NCBI GenBank assembly: GCA_951406725.2
Contig: OX597821.1
Span: forward strand, 7,378,001 to 7,442,000
Reading direction: 5' to 3'
Length of the DNA: 64,000 nt
Source of the DNA: Octopus vulgaris
Taxonomy: Eukaryota
Shown here: piece by piece, positions 26,126 through 40,435 of the stretch
Numbering within the stretch: the first letter of the stretch is position 1
How the letters are laid out: each line of letters starts with the position of its first letter
Notes under the pieces: model-generated
Databases searched by the model: none
Seen by the model: only the letters and a program-made list of their open reading frames with translations
Told to the model about the DNA's origin: nothing
Translations under genes and position numbers: made by a program

Positions 26126-26851
26126 ATGCATGCACATATATATCCATGTGTATATAATCATTCTACTTCTACTTTCCATGTTGACATGGGTTAAATGACT
26201 CTTCCCTGTTCAAGTCTGTTTCTCTTCTGACTTGGTACTCTCCTAAGTGAGTCAGCAGACCAGCACTATAGCTACAGGCTGACCAAACCCTTGTGAGAAA
26301 ATCTGATCGGTGGAAACTGAAAGAAGCTTATAGTATATATATGCCTCCGTGTATCTGTGTATGTGTGTGTGTGTGTGCGATTGTCTTGACATTGTTTGAT
26401 AGCCTTAAATGAGTGTCACTGTCATACAAGCAGTGTCATCCATTTCTGATATTCTGCAAAGACATGTTTCCAAGTCAGGTAATATTTCCCCCATGGCCAG
26501 GCAAGTATGGGTTGGGTGACAGGAAGAGCATCTGGCTGTAGAAAACCTACCTCAATAAACTCTGTCCAATCCATGAAAGAATGGAAAAGTGGGCATTACA
26601 ATGGTGATGATGATGATGATTGTGATGAATCTTATATCAATTAAACAAAATCAATTCCCTAGAGTGTACACAACCTCTTCTTTCCATTCTTTTCCCAGTC
26701 ATCAACCAGCCTCATTTCCACCATCTCTCTCTTCTTTCTCTCCTTGTCCAGAACTCTTTCACGTTGCTCTATTTCTCTCTTCTCTTCTGTTGTGATCTTC
26801 TTATACATGTTTATATGTCTGTAATCGTTTCTGTTTTCCATTTAATAATAA

Positions 26852-27028
<177 letters not shown>

Positions 27029-27339
27029 TAATTTGTCTTGTCTTAATCTTGTTTTTATCAAAAAAAAAAAAAAAAAACTCACTCATTTAATATTCATCAG
27101 TCTTACTTTTTCCACTGCCACTGTATAGGGTATCAGGGAGAGGCAGCCCATTTCGTGAAAGAACATGTTGCACTACTGGGGTTGGTTCATCCACTTGGAC
27201 CCGTCTCTCATCAGTGGCTCCAAGTAGCTGTTTGCATGCAACAGTGGCCACGACTGCAGTAATCTGCTTCAATTGGTGGGCTAAACCTGGCAACAACAGC
27301 CAACAGGTAACTGTTGGAGAATTAGGGCTTGCCTACCTA

Positions 27340-27852
27340 CCGTAAATCCTTGAGTATAGTCCGCCCTTGAGAATAATACGCAGGAGATTTTTAGGGGGCT
27401 GTACCTCTGAAAAACCTAAACCTTGTGTATAATACGCACCCCTTCTCTAACTTGAGTCAAGGAGGTCTACATAACGTCCTTGGTTTGTAAAAATGTATAC
27501 AGTAACATTCTTTATTATTATTGTATATGTAACATAATGCAAACGTGTAGCTTTTTGGGGCATTTTGTTTGCAGAAAATAAAGAAATAACAGTAATAACG
27601 TTTAATAAACGTTGCTTACTGTAAGTTATGGATGATTCTTTTATGACTTCATTGCTTTCAGGCTTAGCTTAAGGTATTTTCGTACCCGGCATCACAAAAT
27701 GCGTCTGAATAAAAACTGCCAGACAGCAAATAGAAACTCGGACATTGCTTACAAAATATTTTTCATTTTTAACCTCGTATATAGTACGCACTAGGGATTT
27801 TGACCGTTAAATTTTGGGGAAAAAATATGGATTTATACTCAAGGATTTACGG
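27340..27852. mobile_element. pogo/Tigger-like MITE
   Basis: Perfect 19-bp TIR CCGTAAATCCTTGAGTATA / TATACTCAAGGATTTACGG, flanked by TA at 27338-27339 and 27853-27854. Confidence 0.88.
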
Positions 27853-28880
27853 TATGTGTGTGGAGACTGGATCTAGCAGACTCTGCAGAAGAATCCTTCG
27901 TGGTTTGACAGAGTGGAAGATGGCTGCAACAAGACATTGTAGAGTGTTGAGAGCAAGATGAGGCAAATAAGACATCTTTGTTATCCACTGTATTTGTTTC
28001 CATCTGTTTTCATACTTGGTCTTGTGTCACTGAATTGAAACTGGTCAAGGATGAGAGAGTGAAGCTGACATTGTGCAACTCTTCTTCACTTTAAGCAAGG
28101 TCGCTACGCAAATCATCAGTCACCGTGACTCAATAACCCTCATGGCTCTGACAGACAAACATGATACTGACTACGTACTACTCTCATTCTCTCTCTTTTA
28201 CAGAACTGCAATATATCTTTACAATTACCAGCTATGTGTCATTCCTTAAACTTTACAATGAGACATAACAAGCAGGTTTTCATTCTGAACAATGCCTCTC
28301 TAGAATTCAACTTACTTGTGTATCGTCACTCCTGTAAAATACTAACTTCTTGTACTTTCAAGTGCCATTTGTTGTATTTCATGTGATAGATTTCTATTTT
28401 TATTTTTCATTGAATTTTTTCATGTATTTCACACAAAACTAAATAAGCTGCAAACTTGGCCAGTCCTAGTAACTACTTATCTAACACGTTATACATTCAT
28501 GTTTTCCTACATTAACATTGTTTTACTCAACATTTATACATACATGTTCTGCCCAATATTTATATATATGTTATATACACCATTTATACATGTTTATACA
28601 TAGATGTGTCCATCAGTATTCATAGATAGGTTTTCTTTTGTTGTATCTCAAGAGGGTCATTATGCCAGTAATAACACACCCACGGCTGAAATATTCATAC
28701 GTGTGTTTGCTTCAGTTTTTAAACATATTTCTCTCTTTTTGTATAGAGGTTCTTCTCAGTATTTATACATACATGTTTTCCACACCCTCTCTCTCTTTCG
28801 GAGAGGGACAAGCACCTACACGCACATATACACACACGCCAGCCATTTATACATATTTCTGCCTGTCTCTCTTTCGCTCG

Positions 28881-28935
<55 letters not shown>

Positions 28936-28975
28936 CATACATGTGTATATATTTATACAAATATCTTCTCTTCAG

Positions 28976-28997
<22 letters not shown>

Positions 28998-29006
<9 letters not shown>

Positions 29007-29300
29007 AAATCTGTTCTGTCTGTGTGTGAGTGTGTCTTGTAGGATCTCGGGCATCCTCCACCCGATTGTGCTGAAATTTGATATGTAGATACCGACAGTA
29101 CCAGGACGTGTATAAGTCTTGAAAAAATTACAAAAATCGATTCCAGGTGAGAATGCGATCGATAAAGCCGTGGGAACGTGCATTTGTACATGCAAGTACA
29201 TCAGCTGTTGCAATCGATACTACGTATATGCGAGAAAAATGCACGTACAGTTTGCGCAAAAAATGCAGTATATTTAAGAGACCAAAAAATTAAGATGCAA
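28998..29300 (+). mobile_element. Probable Helitron-type non-autonomous fragment (5' part)
   Basis: TATATAAAATCTGTTCTGTCTGTGTGTG...CCGATTGTGCTGAAATTTG pattern similar to rolling-circle MITE 5' ends; no 3' CTAG terminus found. Confidence 0.4.
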
Positions 29301-29605
29301 AAGAGATATTTTCTTTAGACTTGGCACGAAGGAAGGAAAGACTATTTGGTTTCTCAAGAAGTTGTTTTGTTTTTTTTTGATTTAACTTTGTTTAACAAAA
29401 CCAAAAGTTTTATTGAAATAAAGGCATGCTTAATTATTTTTTAATGAAAAGAAAACACTGATTGCTTTCTATTCAGCAGATATGATTCAGCACCGTCCAT
29501 TGGAGGGGGGGGGCTTTTGCTCGTGTGTATGTATGTGTATATATATATATATAAATAGATACGTATAGATATATAAGAGCACCGTAGTTTGCTTGAAACA
29601 TTGTA

Positions 29606-30064
29606 ATGTTGAAGAAGAGGAAAATAGGAAAGCTTTTGAGAATGTGGAAAGTTTCACAAAACCTTTATATTTCTGGTGCAAAGGCTTATCCCCTGCAAAA
29701 AAAAAAACAGTTTGGGAAATGTCTAGTTACACAGGTCCCGCTAACCTATACAAATTCCTCACCATTATGTTAGCAGTAGAGCTGTCACTCTCCAAATGTT
29801 TGTGTAATCAACTCTCCAAGCATTGGTGTAAACAAACCTGTAACTGTTGCTGCAGGCAACTCACCATCTGGAGAATGGATTACACCAACATTTGGAGAGT
29901 GATTGCTACTGCTAAGGTATTTGAACAGGTTAATGGAATCTATAGCTAGACATTTCCCAGACTGTTTTTCTTCTGAGGATGGACCTTTGCGTCTGAAATA
30001 TAAAGGTTTTGTGAGACTTTCCACATTGTCAGAAGCTTTCCTATTTCCCCCTTTTTCCCTTCTT

Positions 30065-30070
<6 letters not shown>
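29606..30070. repeat. About 465-bp degenerate foldback palindrome (Penelope-like)
   Basis: Left arm about 29606-29820 mirrors right arm about 29865-30070 (e.g. AAATAGGAAAGCTT...GGAAAGT.TCACAAAACCTTTATATTTC); flanked by (TA)n. Confidence 0.85.
29969..30006 (+). ncRNA. Minimal type I hammerhead ribozyme motif in the foldback arm
   Basis: TCTT-CTGAGGA-T-GGAC(CTTTGC)GTCT-GAAA-TA-TA-AAGG; the mirror copy in the left arm is decayed. Confidence 0.6.
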
Positions 30071-30104
<34 letters not shown>

Positions 30105-30107
<3 letters not shown>

Positions 30108-30467
30108 GCATGTGCCATGAGTAATTACTCAGGGTAGGCAGTTGGTGATGTTTATGTAGTAAAACACACAAAAAAAATAAAAGCGAAACACAAGTGTGCG
30201 ACTGAGTTGGAGGCAGATTTAATTCTGCTTTTATTGTGCATAAAGAAAATGTTTTTGTAGGAATGTATGCAGCAAGTGTACTACAGCAGTACTATACATA
30301 GTTTCAATACTGAGATTGAAAGGCAAGGGTGAATTATGTCTACCTAATCTTCAAAAAAATAAAATATTTTAGGTGCATATTTTGCCATAAAAGGAAAATG
30401 TTACTATCGATCTATTTCATTCAGAGTAGGCACAGCCTACCTTGCCTACCCAGGTGGCACATCCCTG
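30105..30467. mobile_element. hAT-like MITE inserted in (TA)n
   Basis: TIRs CAGGCATGTGCCA / TGGCACATCCCTG (1 mismatch); ATATATAT on both sides is compatible with an 8-bp TSD. Confidence 0.7.
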
Positions 30468-31014
30468 ATATATATATTCATGAATCTTTGAGAAATTTAA
30501 AGGAGACATTTCGTGCATCAAGCCTAATTTTGCAAGCCTGTTCTAAGAAATATCCCAATTAAGAAAATTTCTGCAGACTAACAACTCTACGTTGCTTCTA
30601 TGCAATTATTTAACTGTCTTATACCGTGAGTTGCATACCAATGAGTGAGTCTCTGTTTGGTCATTTAACCTTCTAAAAATATCAGCTAAATCTCCCTCAG
30701 TTCACTCCCTTCTCATCTTAAATAAAGAACACATTGAATAATGCATTCCTAGATATTAACACTGAAAATATGTTGTGGCTAGAGTCACGGATGGGTGTCT
30801 TTGATCATAGGCTTGCTCTGTGGGAGTTTCTGTGAAGCTAAACCACATTTGTTGTGCACAATAGAAATACAATAGCACAGTGTTACCCAGGGTGACGTGG
30901 TGGCTGTTAGCATTTAAAAGGAGCTGGACAATTTTCAATATTTAGTAATATGCACAAGCATGTATTATAAGTGCAGGTATGACTGTGTGGTAAGAAGTTT
31001 ACTTCCCAAATACG

Positions 31015-31054
<40 letters not shown>

Positions 31055-32304
31055 CTGTCTTTTAGTGAAAGGTGTAAACATCTACAAGAAAACTAAGGAC
31101 CTATGTTCTTTTGAACAACAAAACAAAAATTATTGTGATATTTGTTCTGCACCAAATTGCTAATACTCCCTCTGTACTCTTGCCATCAGATACGCAATTA
31201 GCCAGTGATTGATGCTTTAGAAACTTGTGACTAGCAACACTATTTGTTTACTACATGTAGTATAAATCAAAATCAACCCATGCCAGCATGGAAGGCGGTG
31301 TGGAATTGAACCTGGAATCACATTGTGACACGAACTTCTTAAACCACATGTCATATTTCATACAATCGACATACCCGAGACAACTCCATAAGTATGGAGT
31401 TATATAAATGCAAACAGATGATGCCTGTTCTGTCTATCTTCTAGAGGAAGGATGATTTGATAGAGATAGATAACCATATCACAGGTAAACCAAAGGAATA
31501 CTTGAGAACATGAGTAATTAGATTATATCGGAGAGAATATTGTGTTTCATAGACTGATGCTGTATGCAATAGAACTGATCCAAGCCTTGCCGACATCAAG
31601 AGACGAAGAGTAAATTGATGATGAAGACAAGATAGCCTTCGTTTGGACTTTTTACTTTGATTTCCATTATCTGTCTTGCATTTCAATCGCATTTATTAAT
31701 GTGATACTTTCAAGCTGTGTTGTGTCTTAATGCAGTGTGAGTCATTAATGCCTTTCTCTAATTACAGTTAATTGACAGCCCTTATATGCTTGAATTTAAT
31801 GAATTTCATTAATGTACTTTTGCTTCTCTCTTGGAAGTTATGGTAGAAATATCTGCACTGTCAGACCACAGTCCCTTGACCGTCCAGGAAATTTTCAAAT
31901 GAATTAAGCAAGCATCACCACAATAGGTGCGTGTGCAGATGTGTGGTTAAGAAGCTTGCTTTCCAAATGCATAGTTTCAGGTTCAGTCCCATTGTACGGC
32001 ACCTCAAGCAAGTGTCTTGTACTATTGCTCCAGGCTTGGCGAAGTCTTGTGAGCAGATTGTGCTAGATGGAAGTTGAAAGAAGCCTGTAATATATATATA
32101 TATATATATAGATGAGTGCATTTTTACCTTGTTAACAATTAACACAGAAAAAATAAATAAATAGTTACCAGGGCAGCAAAAATCTCACAAGTAAAGGTGT
32201 TGTAACTCCTTGTTTATAAAGGTAGAAACTGTGTGTTTACGTTGAATATTTTGAATAATATGAATAAAAAAATGGAGTTAACGCAGGTGTAATCAAATAT
32301 TTTT

Positions 32305-32390
32305 ACTTTCGACACATGTTTCAAAAATTCCACTGATAGTATTCAAAAGAATAAATGGTATAAACAATGCAATCTTCTCCTCAGGAAAGT
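32305..32390 (-). ncRNA. Type I hammerhead ribozyme motif with long stem II, in a Penelope-like element (about 32110-32450)
   Basis: Reverse complement reads ACTTTC-CTGAGGA-GAAGATTGCA...TGGAATTTTT-GAAA-CATGTG-TC-GAAAGT; perfect 6-bp stem I, GUC triplet; the element sits in the (TA)n of an A2 SINE. Confidence 0.68.
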
Positions 32391-33323
32391 GAAAAAAACA
32401 AAACTCGTCAATAAGACATTTTATCAAAAAATCTTTATATATATATATTTGTATGTGTGTATGCTTGTGTCTCTTTGTCTTGACATCATGTGACTGTTGT
32501 GATCAAATCTCATTCTTTCCCAATATATTGCAAAACTATGTCTAGCCATGGGAAAATATTACCTTGCTTAGGAACAGGTACAGGTTAGTGTCAGAAAGGC
32601 CACCTGGCTGTAGAAAAATTTGCCTTGAGAAACTCATCCAACCCATGCGAGCATGGAAAAGTGGACCTTAAAATGATAAATGATGATATTGTAGGGTTAA
32701 GAAGTTTGCTCTGCAACTGCATGGCCCTAGGTTCAAGCCTTACTGCATGAAACCATGGAGAGATGTCTTCTACTATAGCTGCAGGTTGCCGAAAGCCTTG
32801 TGTGAAGAACTTTAAGTTGATGGGTACTGTGTGGGGGAAATCTGACGGATGGTCTGTACCCATTCAAAGCTGCTAAACTTAATTCATTACCTTAACAGCA
32901 TCACCTGGCCCATCGGTGTTTAATGTCTACTTTCCATGCTGGTATGGGTTGGATTGTTCAACAGGGGCTGGTGAGCCAGAGGACTGTGCTAAGCTCCAGT
33001 GTCAGCTTTAGTGTAATTTCTACAGCTGGATGCCCTTCCTCATGCCAACCACCTTACAGAGTTTACAGGGTGCTTTTTATGTGGCACTAGCACTTGTGAA
33101 GTTCCAAAATTATTTACAAGACAAGACCCACAACAAAGAGGGCAGTGGCTTTATGCAAGGAGATGATTAAAGGGACTCTGTGTATGTGTGTGTGAATGCG
33201 TGCATGAGTGAGTGAAAGTGTGTGACCTCGTGGTCAGGGTGTTGCACTTACGATCACGAGATTTTGATTTCAATTCCTGGAACTATGCTAGTATGGATAG
33301 GTAGACAATATGATAATTATGAC

Positions 33324-33950
33324 TAAGGTGGCAAGCTGGCAGAATTGGTAGCATGCCAGGTCGAATGCTTTACTCTTTTACTTCTTTCAGTCATTTGACT
33401 GCGGCCATACTGGAGCACCGCCTTTAGTTGAGCAAATCGACTCCAGGACTTATTCTTTGTAAGCCTAGTGCTTATTCTATCAGCCTCTCTTGCCAAACCG
33501 CTAAGTTATGGAGATGCAAACACACCCTCATCGGTTGCCAAGCAATGCAAGGGGTACAAACACAGACACACAAACATACTCACAAACACACATATATATA
33601 TATATATACATATACATACATATATACAACGGGCTTCCTTCAGTTTCTATCTTCTAAATCCACTCACAAGGCTTTGGTCGACCCGAGGCTATAGTAGAAG
33701 ACGCTTGCCCAAGGTGCCACGCAGTGGGACTGAACCTGGAACCATGTGGTTGTTAAGCAAGCTACTTACCACACAGCCACTTCCGCGATCCGTTTTTATG
33801 TTCTGAATTCAATTGCCATTGAGGTTGACTTTACCTTTCATCCTCTCAGGGTCGATAAAATAAGTACCAGTTGAGTACTGGGGTCGATGTAATCAAATTA
33901 TCCCCGTCCCCAGAAATTGCTAGCTTTGTGCCAAAATCTGAAAGCAATAT
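33324..33950 (+). mobile_element. Family B SINE split by an antisense family A SINE (33371-33787)
   Basis: B head at 33324-33370; B body resumes near 33790. Confidence 0.85.
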
Positions 33951-34603
33951 GATGATGATGACTTCAAGTTAAACACCATCTTGACCAACACAATACAACT
34001 TTATAGTGACAAATCAACAAGAGAGCTATGTGATCACTGAACCTCCTAAAAATAATAGCCAAATATCCCTCTAAACACACTCTTTATGTCAACAACTATC
34101 TGAGCCATGCAATCATGGAAAATTGGAGAGTCAACATTAAAAGGACAATAACGACTGAATAAACATTGACGATGATAACTCATTTCCTACAAGCCAACGT
34201 GAGAGGGCTAGTACGTGATTGCTGAGCTTACTAGAAATAACAGCCAAATCTCTATCTCAATGATTCGCATCTGTCTCATGCAATCAGGGAATGTAGATAT
34301 TAAAATGGCATTGATGACTGAAAGCTCAACCCCAATTTGATGACAACGCAATGTATCACATTAGCTACAAACCAAGAAGAGCTTCTATGTGGTCACTGAG
34401 CCTGCTAGAAACAGAAGCTATATCTCCCTCTAACCACACAACATTGTATCTTAATCCCTTACTCAGCAAAGATGAGTTAACTTGTCTTCATCTAATTTAT
34501 CATTTTCAGAGTGCAATGAGTAAACTTGTCCAAAACATATAATTTCAAAAACAGCCACAGACGAGTTTAAACGGCAATTCTTGGCATTTCTCGGTTTTTA
34601 TCT

Positions 34604-34634
<31 letters not shown>

Positions 34635-34933
34635 CAAACTATGCCCAGATGTCGAGCTCAGAAGATGACAATGAGTATGAACTTTCTATTAGGAGCTTGG
34701 ATACATCAGATGAGAGCGCAAGATTGTCTGATAAAAAAAAAATTTGTCTGCAAAGGAAACGTTTTCTCCATGAAAAAGTCACTGGGGGAAGGGGTTAAAT
34801 AAAAGAAGGACACAGATAATATTGTCTTATGTGGAACTTAAAAGACAGGGTGATCATGGCCTGAAAATCTTGGATTATTGGTCTGTCTGCTTGATCAGGG
34901 ATCACTTGGAAGTCAACAACAACAGTTCTTTAA

Positions 34934-35154
34934 CCCTTTAGCATTTAAACCGGCCATATCCGGCCAAAAGTATTCTGCCTGTTTTATGTTCAAACTGGCC
35001 AGATCTGGTCTCTCACACCAACCCTACAATATCGTTTTAAAAATTAACAGCTACCTCATCAAAATCTCATAGCTCCAAGATAATGCATGATTAGTTCAAA
35101 ACAATGAGGACAAAAAAGCATTAATTGTGGCAGAATAATGCAAACACTAAAGGG
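34934..35154. mobile_element. piggyBac-like MITE, intact 221-bp copy
   Basis: TTAA-CCCTTTAG ... CTAAAGGG-TTAA termini; relatives at 3254, 14933, 36165, 50273 and 62626. Confidence 0.85.
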
Positions 35155-35571
35155 TTAAGGGTGACATTGTTAACAGTTCCTGGCGAATATTTCATTTTGT
35201 AGAAGCAGAAGAGTAGGAAAAGAACTGATCTCCTTATGAAGCAGGGATGGAGGTGAATTTGAGCATTAATCTATAGAAATATTGATACAGCTATTACATC
35301 CTTGTTTAATTACCAGAATTGAGAGAGAGAGAGAGAGTAGGAAGAAGAAATCTGAAATGCTTTTGTAAAAGTACAATGACAATAATTTGAATTGAACTGA
35401 AACCGAAGAACTGAAATTTGATAACTTAAAAACTAACTGTGAAAGCATTTTTCCTTCACAAGTAGCTAAAGCGTAAACTCGTAGAAATGTTCATCTGAGT
35501 TTTGCTTTTATGAATTATTTTCAAAGATTTTTCTAAACTGAAGCATCAGTTTTTATCATTAAAGATTTGTA

Positions 35572-35607
<36 letters not shown>

Positions 35608-35855
35608 TCAGTTGTGATAAAATAAGTGGTTACCTTTAGAAGCACTTCCATGGACAGTGACTATCTGTAAACTACAATAGGGGGAACATACCCCTTCAAA
35701 GTTAGTTTTAAGTAAACAGAAAATCTGCAGAAAATTCCCTATTTCCATTTCCATTGTAGAGAGCATGAATAATAAAAATTGATTTTTCTGTTACACGTAC
35801 ACGCACACACACACACGCACACACACACATATACACTCACACATACATATATATG

Positions 35856-35914
<59 letters not shown>

Positions 35915-38040
35915 TGAACTCAGTGACAGATGAGGATAGGTTTTGCAACTTTTTGGTGAACATTCTGCACTGATGATTTGTTTACTGCCTGGTCTGGGGA
36001 TTGAACCCACAATTATATGTGAGTGTGAAGGTACATGGCTTAGTGGTTAGGGTATTTGGCTCATGATCATAAGGTCATGAGCTTGATTCTCGGCAGCAGG
36101 CTGTGTCCTTGAGTAAGGCACTTTATTTTACATTGCGCCAGTCCACTCAGCTGAGAACTACATTAACCCATTAACAGCATTCAGGTTTCCCTGTCAAATA
36201 TCGCTCTTATATATTCACATTATACATTAACTCATAGCTTTGAGATTTTAAAGATTGTAGGGTAGCCATGAGAGGCCGGATCTGGGCAGTTTGAATATAA
36301 AACATGCAGAATGGCTGGTTTAAATATGAAGGGGGAAAAGGAAAGTGGACCTGTAGAGTGCTCAGCCACTTGCACTTCAATTTTGCAAGCAGGCTTATGT
36401 TATTTGGATTAACTAGAACCTTCATCAGCATCACCGATGCAGGGCCAGTTTGAGTGTGTTTGTTTTTCCCCTCATCTTCATAAGTGTTTGCTGACTATAT
36501 ATATATATATATAAAGCTCTTTCAAATGCTGTTTGACTGGGGAACCAGTGAGGCTTGGCACCAGGAAGGGCATCTGGCCATAGAAGCTCTATCCAAATGT
36601 AGTTCCACCCGATCCATGTAAGCATAGAAAAGTGGACGTTAAAATCATGATGATGATGATGATGATGTATATGATGACTAATATTCTTCAAGAAATAGTC
36701 TTTTTGTTTATTATTGTTATTTTATCAGAAATTGCATTTCATTTTCTTTTTCATTAAAATTTTTCTGTCTCTCTTTCTCTCCTTTTCTGAGTGTGTTTGT
36801 GTGTGTCAGTGTGTATATATGCACAAATATGTGTGTGTGCATCATATATATATATATATGTGTGTATGAAAATCTAATTCCATGATTCATACTACATAAA
36901 TAGATTTTTTTTCCTTCCAATCATACTCGGTGTTTTTTATGTGTTTTTCTTTTTTCTTGTTGTTTTTTTCTAAGCAATCACAAAGTTTTATGAAATTTAA
37001 GTACTTCGTTTAACCAGATTGATTTTTATTTTACCTTTTTTATTATTTTTTTTTATTTCTATTTTTTTTCTATTTTTTTTTTCTGATCAGAATTATTATA
37101 AAGAACAATTCATTTTATTCATCTCATATTTTATTTTTTCTATTTTCAAAACCTCACTCAACAATTTTGAATAGTTAATTAAAATCCAAAAAGCTGGTTG
37201 AGACAAGTTTTCCTCTTTAAGCAACACCATGTGTGTTTTCTCTGAAGTTCCTTGTCAGATAAACCATTCTACTTGAAATAAGTGACTCGAGAGTCTTTCT
37301 ACTTATGTATTGTTCCCCACCCCCTCCCCAAGTCTGGAACGCAAAGAACCTACACTAATTCTTTTCCATCATTTTGCAAACAAAGTAGCTTTTTTCAGTG
37401 CTATGGAAATATCACTCGTACTGATGCCACGTGAGAGCACTTGTGCAGCGCCATGCTGAAAGCACTCCGCACATATTGTGAAGTGGTTGGCATTAGGAAG
37501 GGCATCCAGCTGTAGAAACCAAGCCAAATCAGACTGGAACTTGGTGCAGCTTTCCTGCTTACCAGCTCTGATCAAACTGTCCGACCCATGCCAGCATGGG
37601 AAACAGATGTCAAAGGAGGAGGAGGAGGGGGAGGATCTTATTGCTGTTGTACTTTGGTACTTTTTTTTTCTTAGTGCACCTACGGAACAGTTGTGGCTGT
37701 GTGGTAAGAAGTTTGCTTCCCAACCACATGATTCTGGGTTCAGTTCCACTGCGTGGCACCTTGGTCAAGCGTTCTCTGCTTTAACCCCCAGGCCAACCAA
37801 AGCCTTGTGAGTGGATTTGGTAGATGGAAACTGAAAGGAGCCCACCATGTGTGTGCGTGCATGCATGCATTTTGTGTATGTGTGTGTGACTGTCTCCTTG
37901 CTTTGACATCAAATTAAAGGGGAGACTTTTAGGATTGGCATATCTGACTACAGGAAAACCTGCCCAACCCCTGTGCGCATGAGAAAGTGGACATTAAAAC
38001 TGATGGTTCTCATACATGTTAAAACAACAGAAATTAAAGT

Positions 38041-38267
38041 TTTACTCTTTTACTTGTTTCAGTCATTTGATTGTGGCCATGCTGGAGCACAGCCTTTAGT
38101 CAAGCAAATCGACCCGAGAACTTATTCATTGTTAGCCTAGTACTTATTCTATCGGTCTCTTTTGCTAAACTGCTAAGTTACAGGGACGTAAACACACCAC
38201 CATCGGTGGTCAAGCGATGTTGGGGGGGACAAACACAGACACACAAACATACACACACACACACACT

Positions 38268-38303
<36 letters not shown>

Positions 38304-38437
38304 CAACAAGCTTCTTTCAGTTTCTGTCTACCAGATCCACTCACAAGGCTTTGGTCGTGCCAAGATGCCATGCAGTGGGACTGAACTCGGAACCATGTGG
38401 TTGGTAAGCAAGCTACTTACCACACAGCCACTCCTAC
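38041..38437 (-). mobile_element. Family A SINE
   Basis: Matches consensus with a small internal deletion. Confidence 0.88.
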
Positions 38438-38676
38438 ATCTAAAAAAAAATAAAAGGAATTTTCATGAACACATGATCTCTCAGATTTTTCTTTGAATTA
38501 AGTTTCCGTCCAGTACAACTTGGCACCGCTGTTGTCACAGGCATTGCTGTCAAAAGGTAGTGAACAGAACAGAAACCACAAGACAATTTCTTGACCCCCT
38601 AACCATTCTGCTAATCCAATTCAATCCAGTCTACCATCCTTTGGTGATGCTACTTTTTTTCTTCATCACTCTCTTA

Positions 38677-38905
38677 TTTCTTTATTGCCCACAAGGGGCT
38701 AAACATAGAGGGGACAAACAAAGACAGACAAAAGAGATTAAGTCGATTAGATCGACCCCAGTGCATAACTGGTACTTAATTTATTGACCCCAAAAGGATG
38801 AAAGGCAAAGTCGACCTCGGCGGAATTTGAACTCAGAACGTAACGACAGACGAAATACCGCTAAGCATTTCGCCCGGCGTGCTAACGATTCTGCCAGCTC
38901 ATCAC
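38677..38905 (-). mobile_element. Family B SINE, full length
   Basis: Reverse complement of 4809-5040. Confidence 0.88.
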
Positions 38906-40035
38906 CTTCTGGCATATTGATAGGCATGGTTGACTTTAGGGGGATTTGAACACAGAGTGAAAAGATACGTCAAGCTAAGTAAAAGTATGGTTGCCCTTGC
39001 CTACAGGCTCATCCCTTGCATCCCTCTCCAGCTGAGCATCTCTGATCTTGCAGGCTCATAAGTGTCGGTGCCATGTAAAAAGCACCCATGCCGGTGCTGT
39101 GTAAAAGCATCCAGTACACTCTGTAAAGTGGTTGGTGTTAGGAAGGGCATCCAGCCATAGAAACCATGCTAAAGCAGACATGGAGCCTGAACAGCCCTTC
39201 AGTTGGTCAGCTTCTGTAAAACAGTCTAACCCATGCCAGTATGGAAAATGGAAGTTAAATGATGATGATGAGTGCAAAGTACCTCAAACACTGCATGGCA
39301 TTCTCTCCAGTGCTCTAACATCTCAGCCAGTTTGTCACCTTAGATCAGAACTGGCCTGATGCTAAATAACACCAGCCAATTTCAGCTGTGATATATATAT
39401 ATATATATATATATATCAGACAAATGCTGGATTTCAAGGTTATGATGGAGACAAGCGAGGTAGAAGAAAAACACGCAAGAGAAAAAGAGAAGAGAAAAAA
39501 GAAAAGAGACAAATGAACAATCTGTATTTACGAATTGAGATGTGAGTTCTTTTTTTCCCTTCCATTTTCCCTTCCAATTGTGTTTCTTACGTTCCTGTCA
39601 AATGTTATTGTTGACTGCATCATACAACAGCCAATGTCCATAAACATTTACTTAATCACTTATTTTCTTTGCATTTATTTCACTCGCTTATTTTCTTAAC
39701 TGTTTCCACCTAAATCTCGAGAAGAGACAATATTTATATTTCATTGAGATTCTAGCAGCTGAAGTGTCTTAAATGCTGTGAATCGTTTTAAGATATTTAA
39801 GCAATAGCTAGGTTGTGCACATGCATGTATACATGCGTGTATGTATGTGAAGTTCAGTGTATTTTCCAAAATAAAGTCTGAGGGAAGTGTTTTGCATACT
39901 AAATGAAAGCATAGCTGTCTCTCGATATTCTTTTATTGTAAAGTGATTGGATATCATAGAACAGGGAGTAGAAACGTTAGCTGACAGTATTTAAAATCCA
40001 TTCATGGTTAACTTTGCCTTTCATCCTTTCAGAGT

Positions 40036-40236
40036 TACTCTTTTACTTGTTTCAGTCATTTGACTGTGGCCATGCTGGAGCACTGCCTTTAGTCGAGCAA
40101 ATCATCCCCAGGACTTATTCTTTGTAAGCCTAGTACTTATTCTATCGCTCTGTTTTGCCGAACCGCTAAGTGGCGGGGACGTAAACACACCAGCATCAGT
40201 TGTCAAGCAGTGTTGGGGTGACAAACACAGACACAT

Positions 40237-40277
<41 letters not shown>

Positions 40278-40435
40278 TATATATTCAGTTTCCGTCTACC
40301 AAATCCACTCACAAGGCTTTGGTCGGCCCGAGGCTATAGTAAAAGGTACTTGCCCAAGGTGCCACGTAGTGGGACTGAACCCGGAACCATGTGGTTAGTA
40401 AGCAAGCTACTTACCACACAGCCACTCGTATGCCT
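40036..40435 (-). mobile_element. Family A SINE nested in a family B remnant
   Basis: B motif CTTTGCCTTTCATCCTTTCAGAG precedes it and ATAAA..AGTACCAGT follows it; another B copy lies at 40480-40690 (-). Confidence 0.85.

Noticed and set aside
31545-31585. CTGATGC...GAAC and CTGATGAT (near 35970) as additional hammerheads
   Set aside because: No GAAA with pairing stems I-III could be built.
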